A stretch of 64,000 bases of DNA from Terriglobia bacterium (GTDB taxonomy: Bacteria; Acidobacteriota; Terriglobia; Acidiferrales; UBA7541): NCBI GenBank assembly GCA_963791705.1, contig CAWBTO010000002.1:85885-149884 (forward strand). Direction: 5' to 3'. The notes under the pieces were generated by a model. The model saw only the letters and a list, made by a program, of their open reading frames with translations, had not been told where the DNA came from and made no database searches. Below, piece after piece: positions 48,433-56,430 of this stretch; position 1 is the first letter of the stretch, and every line of letters begins with the position of its first letter. Made by a program: the position numbers and the translations under genes.

Positions 48433-48465
48433 GATTCGCCACTCCGGAGAAATATCGAACAGACG

Positions 48466-49062
48466 CTAGAAAGAAGCGATCAACTCCGCGGAGAGCAGCC
48501 GCGCCTTCTGCGCCAGATTCCGCGCGCGGGCCCAGTCGCCGTCCTTGCCCGCACTCTCCGACTGCGCCATAAAACTGTTAATCTTTTCGACGAGGTCCTG
48601 CTGGGCGGCGCTGAACTGCCTGCCGCTGGCCTCCTGCAGGTTCTTCTTGGCGACATAGATGTCTTCGTCGGTCTTGCGCTGGTAAGCGGCCTGATCGCTG
48701 GGCGACAGTTGTGGGGAAATCAGCGGCGCGGCCGGGTGCGCGGGCTCCAACGCCGTATCCACGGGAGCTTGTCCGGACGCGGGCTTGTGAAGCGCAGGAG
48801 GCTTCGCGGCCGGAAGGGGCACCTGCGCGGGCGTTGGGGTTTCCGCGAGAACCGGCGGCGCCGCGGCGGTTTCAACAGGCGGCGTGGCGTCGGTGTCCGG
48901 TGCCGTCGTCATGGGCCGGGCCGCTGTGTCCGCCGCCACAGGCGCCGCGGCCGGCACCGCTGCGTGCACATTCTTGTTCGTGCATCCTGGCGCGGCGAGC
49001 GAAACTCCGCAGGCCAACAGGACAACAACGGTGCGCGCGTGGATGAGAGGGTAGCTGCGCAT
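48466..49062 (-). CDS. hypothetical lipoprotein with Pro/Ala-rich linker
   Basis: Lipobox VVLLAC. The ATG directly abuts the stop of the upstream histidine kinase gene. Confidence 0.6.
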   Translation of the reverse strand: MRSYPLIHARTVVVLLACGVSLAAPGCTNKNVHAAVPAAAPVAADTAARPMTTAPDTDATPPVETAAAPPVLAETPTPAQVPLPAAKPPALHKPASGQAPVDTALEPAHPAAPLISPQLSPSDQAAYQRKTDEDIYVAKKNLQEASGRQFSAAQQDLVEKINSFMAQSESAGKDGDWARARNLAQKARLLSAELIASF

Positions 49063-50586
49063 TTATCCTTCTTTCGCCGCCGGCGGCTGGCCGAGGTCAC
49101 GCACCCTGGTGGTCCGTGCCTTTGACACCGGCGCCAGGGGAAGTTTGACGCGGAACGTGGTGCCGCGCCCGGGCTGCGACTCAAATTCTATCCGGCCGCT
49201 GTTCAATTGTACAAACCGGGATGTATTGGCCAGTCCGATGCCCGTTCCTCCCGGCCGGGTGGTGAAGAACAGCTGAAAAATCTTCTTCTGATCCTCGGGC
49301 GGAATTCCTCGTCCGGAATCTTCGACGGCGATGACCGCCTGTTCGCCGCTGCGCCGCAGGCGGACGGTGATGCTCCCGCCCGGATCGGTGAACTCGCTGG
49401 CGTTCAGCACCAGATTCAGGACCGCCTGATGAATGAGCTGGCCGTCCGCGCGCACCGGCGGACAATCGGCGGACAAATCGGCCCGCAGCTTCAGGCCCGC
49501 TTTGGTGACCGCCGGGCGCGCGGTCTCCAGAACGTCGCGCAACAGTTCCTGCAACCGCGTCTCCTCCAGCTTGAGTTCCACCGGCCGCGTGAAGTTGAGA
49601 AATGTCTTTACGGCGCGGTCCAGCCGCTCGATTTCGCTATCGAGCATCTTGACCGCCTGCTGGGGCTCGGGAGCCGCGGGCATGTTGCCTTTGAGGACTT
49701 CCAGCCACAGGCGCATCGAGTTGAGCGGATTCTTCACCTCGTGCGCGACGCCGGCCATTTGGTGTCCCAGCAGCCCCAGGCGCAGGATTTCCTGCACGTC
49801 GCGCATGCGTTTGCCGATGCCCGCGATCTTGGTGCTGACCGCCCCGAGTTCGTCGCCCCGCGCGACCGCCGGTTCGGCATCGAACTGGCCCGCGGAAATC
49901 CGGTCCAGCTGGTCGGAGATGCGGCTGACGGGCGCCAGCGATGCGCTGCTGACGGCAAACGCCAGCACCGTCGACAGCAGCACCGATCCCAGCGCCCAAT
50001 AGCCGGCCGACTGCAGCCCCGGCGTGATCTGCGCGCGGATGAATGTGGAGGACAGTCCCACGCGAATGTCTCCGAAGGGCGCCTCCTGCAGCTCGAAGGG
50101 CAGCGAGAATTCATAGATCTGCGACGGGCCATACAGCTCGCGCAATTGCTGGAAAAATCCCGCGCGCGCCAGGGAGTTGACCGGCAGCCGTGGGGCCATC
50201 TTCCGGTCTCGCAGCGACGCGTCGCTCGACATCAGCACCACACCCTGCGTATCGCTGATCGTGATTTCATAGATGGTGGGAGAGATTCCCATGTCCGATT
50301 CGATCAGGGAATTCAACGTGCTGCTGTTGTCGAACACATGCCGGACGTACTCGCGCATGTCGGCCGGGTCCGTCGAGGCGGGGGCTTCTCCTCGCTGGGC
50401 GGCTTCTTTCAGCGCATTCCCGCACGCATCGTACACCTGGTGGGCGATGAAATCCGCGTTGTCGCTCGATTGCCGCAGGGTCTGCCGCGTCAGCCGCGCC
50501 AGATACAATGTCGAGACCACCGCGACCACCGCAAGGACCAGCAGCGAGGTGGCCAGCGTGAATTTAGTTTTCAGGCTGAGACGCAT
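49063..50586 (-). CDS. sensor histidine kinase (TM-HAMP-HisKA-HATPase)
   Basis: H-box GVAHEVKNPLNSM. G boxes GGTGIGLA. Two TM segments. Confidence 0.88.
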   Translation of the reverse strand: MRLSLKTKFTLATSLLVLAVVAVVSTLYLARLTRQTLRQSSDNADFIAHQVYDACGNALKEAAQRGEAPASTDPADMREYVRHVFDNSSTLNSLIESDMGISPTIYEITISDTQGVVLMSSDASLRDRKMAPRLPVNSLARAGFFQQLRELYGPSQIYEFSLPFELQEAPFGDIRVGLSSTFIRAQITPGLQSAGYWALGSVLLSTVLAFAVSSASLAPVSRISDQLDRISAGQFDAEPAVARGDELGAVSTKIAGIGKRMRDVQEILRLGLLGHQMAGVAHEVKNPLNSMRLWLEVLKGNMPAAPEPQQAVKMLDSEIERLDRAVKTFLNFTRPVELKLEETRLQELLRDVLETARPAVTKAGLKLRADLSADCPPVRADGQLIHQAVLNLVLNASEFTDPGGSITVRLRRSGEQAVIAVEDSGRGIPPEDQKKIFQLFFTTRPGGTGIGLANTSRFVQLNSGRIEFESQPGRGTTFRVKLPLAPVSKARTTRVRDLGQPPAAKEG

Positions 50587-51970
50587 GGCTCCGCCCCGCC
50601 TCGTATTCTTTCAGCTTGTTGTGAAGGGTCTTCAAGCTGATGCCCAGCAGTTCGGCCGCGCGCGTCTTGTTCTGGCCCGTGCTCGCAAGCGTCTGCAGAA
50701 TCAGCTCGCGTTCGGCGTCGTCCACCGTGGTGCCGACCGGAAAGCGCAGGCCGGCGAGTCCCGCCGTGGCCACGGCCGGCGCGCGCCCGAATTCCGCGGG
50801 AAGATGTTGGCGCCCGATCGTGCCGCGTTCGGCGGCGATTGCCGCGCGCTCCAGCACGTTGCGCAGCTCGCGGATGTTGCCGGGCCAGGGGTAGGAGCGG
50901 AACATCTCCAGGACGTCCGCGGCGGCTCCGGAAACCTTCGTGCCATGTTTTTCCGAAATCTCGCCCAGCAGATGCTCCACCAGCAAAGGCAAATCGTCCT
51001 TGTGCTCCCGCAAGGGCGGCAGGTGAATGTGAAACACATTCAGCCGGAAGTAGAGATCCTGGCGGAGCTGGCCGGCGGCCACGGCCTGCTCGGGATTCTT
51101 GTTGGTCGCCGCCAGCAGGCGCACGTCCACGGGCGTCTCGACTTTGCTGCCCAACCGGCGGACCGTGCGATCCTCGAGCACGCGCAGCAGTTTGGCCTGC
51201 GTGGGAGCGGGCATCTCGCCAATTTCGTCCAGCAGCAGCGTGCCGCCGTGGGCCAGCTCAAAGCAGCCGATGCGCCGCTCGGCCGCGCCCGTGAACGCGC
51301 CCCGCTCGTGCCCGAAAATCTCGCTTTCCATCAGCGATTCCGGAATGGCCGAGCAGTTGATGGCGATGAACGGCCGGGCCGCGCGCGGCGACAGCATGTG
51401 GATCGAGCGCGCCACCATCTCTTTGCCCGAACCGGTTTCCCCGGTGATGAGAACCGACGCGGTGGACGGAGCCGCCATTTCCACCTGCCGCATCACCTCC
51501 TGCATCGCGCTCGACGAGCCGACCAGCGTCCCCAGCTTGCCCGCCTGGCGCAACTGCCGCGTCAGCGCGGCCACTTCCTGCTGGTCCCGCACGCGCCCGA
51601 ACGCCCGGTCGAGCAAGGCCCGCAGGACCGGCGGCTTGAGCGGCTTTTCGATGTACCAGTAAGCGCCCGCGTCGATGGCTTGCACCACGCGCTCGTCGCT
51701 GCCCCGCCCGGTGATGATGATCACCGGAATGCGCTGGATTTCTTCGCCCAGATGGCGCAACAGGTCGAGCCCGTTCATCCCCGGCAGTTCCACGTCGGCC
51801 AGTATCACATGCGGGTGAAATTCGGGAAACTTGGCCAGCGCCTCTTCCGCCGTGCCCACGCCGAGCACCTGGTAGCTCCACTTCTGGAGCAGGGCTTCGT
51901 AGCCCTTGCGGGCATTTTCCTCGTCTTCGACGATCAGGATGCGTTGCAGAAATGGAGCGTCAGGGGCCAT
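50564..51970 (-). CDS. sigma54-dependent response regulator (NtrC family: REC-AAA+-HTH)
   Basis: REC ILIVEDEE...ILADVELPGMNG. Walker A GETGSGKE. GAFTGA loop. Fis-type HTH RAAELLGISLKTLHNKL. Confidence 0.9.
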   Translation of the reverse strand: MAPDAPFLQRILIVEDEENARKGYEALLQKWSYQVLGVGTAEEALAKFPEFHPHVILADVELPGMNGLDLLRHLGEEIQRIPVIIITGRGSDERVVQAIDAGAYWYIEKPLKPPVLRALLDRAFGRVRDQQEVAALTRQLRQAGKLGTLVGSSSAMQEVMRQVEMAAPSTASVLITGETGSGKEMVARSIHMLSPRAARPFIAINCSAIPESLMESEIFGHERGAFTGAAERRIGCFELAHGGTLLLDEIGEMPAPTQAKLLRVLEDRTVRRLGSKVETPVDVRLLAATNKNPEQAVAAGQLRQDLYFRLNVFHIHLPPLREHKDDLPLLVEHLLGEISEKHGTKVSGAAADVLEMFRSYPWPGNIRELRNVLERAAIAAERGTIGRQHLPAEFGRAPAVATAGLAGLRFPVGTTVDDAERELILQTLASTGQNKTRAAELLGISLKTLHNKLKEYEAGRSHASQPEN

Positions 51971-52286
51971 CGAAAACTCAATCTACCAGCAGTCTGCGGG
52001 AATGCCAAGCGATTGCCCCGGCCCCGCGCGTCGCGCCGCCCAAGCCCAGACAGACGCAGGCGCATCTCATGCGGTCCTGACTAAGGATAGTTGGTTGCAA
52101 TCCCATTCCCGATTTGACTCCAGAATCTCTTCCCGATGTTGTACTGCGTTGAATTCACATATAGTTAAGCGCCTACGTAGTTTTACGATCTTGCCATGAG
52201 TTCCATTTCGGCACTAGATTGCCTCCTGTGAGGCTCGATTCCCGTACAGTAAGCTGTTTTGTTTCAACCGTTGACCTGTCCCCATT

Positions 52287-52302
52287 TGGTGCCTGTCTTG
52301 CA
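52287..52302 (+). promoter_or_regulatory. candidate sigma54 (-24/-12) promoter TGGTGC-N5-TTGCA
   Basis: TGGTGCCTGTCTTGCA has the exact GG-N10-GC spacing and a TTGCA -12 element. It lies 22 nt upstream of ATG 52324. Confidence 0.45.
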
Positions 52303-52323
52303 CGCTGATTTCTGAAAAGGGAA

Positions 52324-53742
52324 ATGAGGAGGAGCCATGGCTGCCAGCGGAGCGAGTACGGCCTTGGCGGTGGACGGCCGACGGCCGTCACCGTCCTGAT
52401 TGTCGACGACGAAGATGCCACGCGCAACTTGTGCCGCGAGGTGGTGGCCGAAGCGGGCCTGCGCCCGCGCGTGGCGGCTACTACGGAACAGGCCCTGGGA
52501 ATCCTCGAGCAGTATCCGGTCGACATTGTCCTGACCGACTTGCGCGTGCCGCAGCTCGGGGGCCTGGAGCTGCTCAAGCGCATCCGGGAAACCTATCCGC
52601 AGACCGCGGTGATCGTGCTGACGCAGTACGGCACCATCGAGAGCGCCGTGGAGGCCACGCGCATGGGCGCCGCCGATTACGTCACCAAACCGTTCCACGT
52701 CCCCGAGCTGCGCACCAAGCTGGAACGCGCCGTGCGTTCGCTCGAGATCGATCAGGAAAACCGCGTGCTGCGCGAACAGCTCCGCACCCGCCCCGGTTTC
52801 GGCGGCCTGATCGGAACTTCCGCCAAGATGCAGCGCGTCTACCGCCTCATCGAGAAGGTGAGCCAGCACAATTATCCCGTGCTCATTCTGGGCGAGAGCG
52901 GGACGGGGAAGGAACTGGTGGCGCGCTCGATTCATTTTATGGGGCCGCGGCGCACCAAGCCGTTCGTGCCGGTGGATTGCTCCACCCTGGTCCCCACGCT
53001 GATCGAGTCCGAGCTGTTCGGCTACGTGAAGGGCGCGTTTACCGGAGCGGTGCAGTCGAAGACGGGCCTGATGGAAGCGGCCGGCAGCGGCACGCTGTTC
53101 CTGGACGAAATCGGCGACCTGCCGGTGGACTTGCAGGCCAAGCTCCTGCGCGTGTTGCAGGAAAAGGAAGTCAAGCCCGTGGGTTCCACCGACCGCATCC
53201 CCATCTCGACGCGCATCATCGCCGCCACCAATCGCGACCTGGAGAGCAGCGTGCGCCAGGGACAATTCCGGCAGGACCTCTACTTCCGCCTCAACGTCGT
53301 GCAGCTCAAGCTGCCTCCGCTGCGCGAGCGCAAAAGCGACATTCCCCTGCTGGTGAACTCCTTTCTGGAAAAGTTCTCCGATTCGCACGGCAAGGTGCGC
53401 ACGATCTCCGAGGAGGCCATGGCGCGCCTGCTGGCCTACGATTGGCCGGGCAACGTCCGGGAGCTGGAAAACGCCATGGAGCGAGCCGTGGCGCTGGGCT
53501 CCGGGCCCATCCTGCACGCCGGCGATCTGCCCTCGAACCTCCAGTACGGCACCGGAGACCGCATGCCGCAGACCGACGAGCTGCTTCCCCTGGAAGAACT
53601 CGAGCGCCGCGCCATCTTCCGCGCCCTGCGCGACGCCGGTGGAGACAAGCTCGCCGCCGCCCGCCTGCTCGGCATCGGCAAAACCACCCTCTACCGCAAG
53701 CTCAAGCAGTACGAGGCCGAATCGCAGTCCCATTCCGGCTGA
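52324..53742 (+). CDS. sigma54-dependent response regulator (NtrC family), no adjacent cognate kinase
   Basis: REC VLIVDDEDATRN...VLTDLRVPQLGG. Walker A GESGTGKE. GAFTGA. HTH AAARLLGIGKTTLYRKL. Confidence 0.9.
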   Translation: MRRSHGCQRSEYGLGGGRPTAVTVLIVDDEDATRNLCREVVAEAGLRPRVAATTEQALGILEQYPVDIVLTDLRVPQLGGLELLKRIRETYPQTAVIVLTQYGTIESAVEATRMGAADYVTKPFHVPELRTKLERAVRSLEIDQENRVLREQLRTRPGFGGLIGTSAKMQRVYRLIEKVSQHNYPVLILGESGTGKELVARSIHFMGPRRTKPFVPVDCSTLVPTLIESELFGYVKGAFTGAVQSKTGLMEAAGSGTLFLDEIGDLPVDLQAKLLRVLQEKEVKPVGSTDRIPISTRIIAATNRDLESSVRQGQFRQDLYFRLNVVQLKLPPLRERKSDIPLLVNSFLEKFSDSHGKVRTISEEAMARLLAYDWPGNVRELENAMERAVALGSGPILHAGDLPSNLQYGTGDRMPQTDELLPLEELERRAIFRALRDAGGDKLAAARLLGIGKTTLYRKLKQYEAESQSHSG

Positions 53743-53986
53743 CGCCGGCGGGTGAATTTCCGGCTCGCCGGCTGGCCGGGTCGTGCGCCCATCACCATCA
53801 CCCAAAATCCGATCTCTCCCATTTCGCATCCGGAATAGTACCCACCGCCATTCTGTGCCCTATTCAACAATAGCTGCTACGAGAGCTTCTCCTCGTTTGC
53901 CGGATGGAACGCCGAAGGCCTGCCGCTACAATTAAGATTGCCGTCTCGCCCCGCAAATGGCAGGCGTTCACTACAGGAGGATCTCG

Positions 53987-54511
53987 ATGAAATCCCGGCA
54001 ACTGCTGGCCGCTTTGGCTGTTTTCGCACTGCTCTCAGCCCCGCTCTCCGCTCAGTGGGGCGTCCCTCGGAAGGTTCCCAAGGTATTGGAAGTCCGGTTC
54101 GTGAACGGCGAGCCTGCCTGGCGCGAACTCCCGGTTCGGGCGGACTTCCAGAAAAACTACGACAAGGTGTGGCAGACGGCCGTCAACACCATCCTCGAAC
54201 ATAACTTCGACATCGCCACGATGGATAAGGAATCCGGCTATTTCCGAACTCTTCCCAACTCCAAGATCGTCAACCTCCAGGGCAGCTGGACGTACAAGAT
54301 TCAGATCAGCATCAAGCTGGTGTCCACTCCCGCCGACCCCAAGGCCGATCCACCCGTGCCGGCCTTCGTCCAGAAGGTCCGGTTGCAGGTAAACGGCGAA
54401 GCGATCTGGCTGGACCGCCGGGGCGCGGTGGGCGCGGACTTTCTCGGCTACGACCAGGTGATGCTGCAGAACCTGTTTGACGACCTGCAAGCGAAACTCG
54501 GCGGCGCCTGA
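53987..54511 (+). CDS. hypothetical secreted protein
   Basis: ATG 53987 lies 5 nt after GGAGGA. Signal peptide MKSRQLLAALAVFALLSAPLSAQ. Confidence 0.6.
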   Translation: MKSRQLLAALAVFALLSAPLSAQWGVPRKVPKVLEVRFVNGEPAWRELPVRADFQKNYDKVWQTAVNTILEHNFDIATMDKESGYFRTLPNSKIVNLQGSWTYKIQISIKLVSTPADPKADPPVPAFVQKVRLQVNGEAIWLDRRGAVGADFLGYDQVMLQNLFDDLQAKLGGA

Positions 54512-54584
54512 GATCCTCGAGCGGCAATCCGCCGCAATTGGGAAGGCGTTTTCCCGCCGGGCCTGAAGCGGCCGGCGGGGCGCG

Positions 54585-55145
54585 CTACTTCTGTTTGGGC
54601 GGATACTTCTCGCAGGCTTTCTTGACCATGTCGCCGAGCTTGCCTTCGATCTTGGTGGCGTCGCTTTTTTCCTGGCTGGTGATGGTGCGCCAGACGAGCG
54701 AGCGGGTGCTGGGGTCCCGCAGGTCGATCACCAGAGTTCCCTCGGCGTACGGCACGCGCACCACGCGTGTGCCGCGGCCCCACCATCCGGCCGGGTACGT
54801 CTCGGTTTCCATTTTGCGCGCCGACCCGAGCCGGTAGACCACGTTGAGGTCGGACGGGCCGGAAACCATCACCAGGCCCCTGGCCGCGAGATCGCGTTCG
54901 ATGTCGGCCTCGATGCGTTTCTTCACCAGTTCGCTGTTCAGGGCGGGATTCTTGCTGTTCAACTGGCCGCTGCGGATGGCGAACGTCTTGTACTTGCTGA
55001 AGTCGGCGGCGCGGTCGAATTCGACGGTGACCTTCTGCGCCAGCGCCCCAGGCGAGGCCAGCAGGCTCAGCAGCAGCATTTTCATTCCGTGCGACCTAAG
55101 GCGTGTGAACAGTTTCCGTGTGTGCGCTCGTTTGAGGTTTCCCAT
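54585..55145 (-). CDS. DUF4136-like secreted/lipoprotein
   Basis: ATG 55145 lies 6 nt after GGAGG. Signal ...MKMLLLSLLASPGALAQ. VTVEFDRAADFSKYKTFAI...EGTLVIDLRDPSTRSLVWR resembles DUF4136. Confidence 0.62.
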   Translation of the reverse strand: MGNLKRAHTRKLFTRLRSHGMKMLLLSLLASPGALAQKVTVEFDRAADFSKYKTFAIRSGQLNSKNPALNSELVKKRIEADIERDLAARGLVMVSGPSDLNVVYRLGSARKMETETYPAGWWGRGTRVVRVPYAEGTLVIDLRDPSTRSLVWRTITSQEKSDATKIEGKLGDMVKKACEKYPPKQK

Positions 55146-55271
55146 CGGCGGCCTCCGGGCGTTGCGCCGGCAGTATAGCAAGACTGCTGAATGTTTCGCG
55201 CCATCTGCGTGCGGATTGTGAGGAGCAGGTCAGGGGTTAACGGGCGTTCTAGGTTGATTGTTCAGGTTCGC

Positions 55272-55862
55272 TTATTCAAGCGCCTTCAACTTCGCCAAGG
55301 TCGCATCCGCATTCTTCTTGATTACGGGGGCCGTCGTTTTGTCGCGCATCTCGGTCACGTAGCGGATCGCCGTATCCACAGTGATCCAGATCGCAGGTTC
55401 GCATTGTTTGATCCTCCACTCTAGCGGCCCCGTAACCTCTCTTGTTTGCCCGTTATGACCCAACTCCCAATGCTTGTCGGTAAGAACAAGGTCGTACCAA
55501 ATGCCCGCCTTGGGGGTCAACCCGGACGGAACAAGATGCAGTGTCGAGTCGAGCCGCCCCTCGGGTTCAATTCCCACTGTAACCCGGGCCGTGGTGCCTT
55601 TGATTTCCATTGGGCGATCCCAGACCGAAAAGTCTTTGTCGATGACAAAAATCTTCTTGTTCTGCGGTGGAGGAATAGGGCGTACGAAAAAATTGGCAGC
55701 TTTGTACCAACCCTCGGTGGTCAATCGCCCCCCACTCACCTCGAACTGGAAGTAGTCCTCGACCACATCCTTGGGAGACTTCGGTGGCCTGGTTGGTGCC
55801 TGAGCTTCCGCCGACACAAGCGTTGCCCCTAGAGCCAGTACGAATGCGAGTACGCACTTCAT
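55272..55862 (-). CDS. hypothetical secreted protein in a lower-GC segment
   Basis: AAGGAG SD. Signal MKCVLAFVLALGATLVSAEA. Local G+C is visibly lower (29 of 60 at 55441-55500). Confidence 0.6.
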   Translation of the reverse strand: MKCVLAFVLALGATLVSAEAQAPTRPPKSPKDVVEDYFQFEVSGGRLTTEGWYKAANFFVRPIPPPQNKKIFVIDKDFSVWDRPMEIKGTTARVTVGIEPEGRLDSTLHLVPSGLTPKAGIWYDLVLTDKHWELGHNGQTREVTGPLEWRIKQCEPAIWITVDTAIRYVTEMRDKTTAPVIKKNADATLAKLKALE

Positions 55863-56075
55863 CTCCGATTCTCCTTATCTCCCTCAGACGGGTGGCCAGC
55901 CCGTTTGCAATTGTGCTGTTGACGAACGCTCACGGCCGAATGGTACCACTGCTGTATGTCAACTCTGAGTGACGGGATTAGGTTTTTCGGGTGGCCGATC
56001 CTTCCGGTTTTCGGAAGGGTCGGGGTTTCGACTTCTTCTCTTCCTGCGACCAAAGGATTTTCGCGGCACCGTTTG

Positions 56076-56136
56076 CGACCTACGACCTACCACCTACCAC
56101 CTACGACCTACCACCTACCACCTACCACCTACGACC
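56076..56136. repeat. tandem heptamer repeat C(G/C)ACCTA, 8 full units plus a partial unit
   Basis: cgaccta cgaccta ccaccta ccaccta cgaccta ccaccta ccaccta ccaccta cgacc, read directly. It lies in the divergent intergenic region 55863-56430. Confidence 0.9.
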
Positions 56137-56430
56137 GTCCTCGAACCATTCCTAGACAGGGAAGGCCGAGCCTCCCTGCGTATCGAAACGGGAAGCCCGG
56201 CTTCGTCCCCCGCTCCGGACTAATTCCCAAGTCACTGAAATACAGGCACGTAACTGCATCCGCCCTGCTTGGCCAAGCTTATGCAATGTGATTTGCATGC
56301 GTGATTCACGCAGCCTCGCAGGAATGCCGCACGTCCCGAAAGGGATGCGCCGGGCCCTCGAATATGCGGTCGCTCTGGGAATCGCGCTGCTGTCCGCCTA
56401 CTGGATCGTGCAGGGGCATTGGTAGGGGCA

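Noticed and set aside
56076-56136. Possible CRISPR array (also considered for 10176-10210).
   Set aside because: The units are 7 nt and directly abutting with no spacers, and no cas genes are present. These are microsatellite-type tandem repeats.
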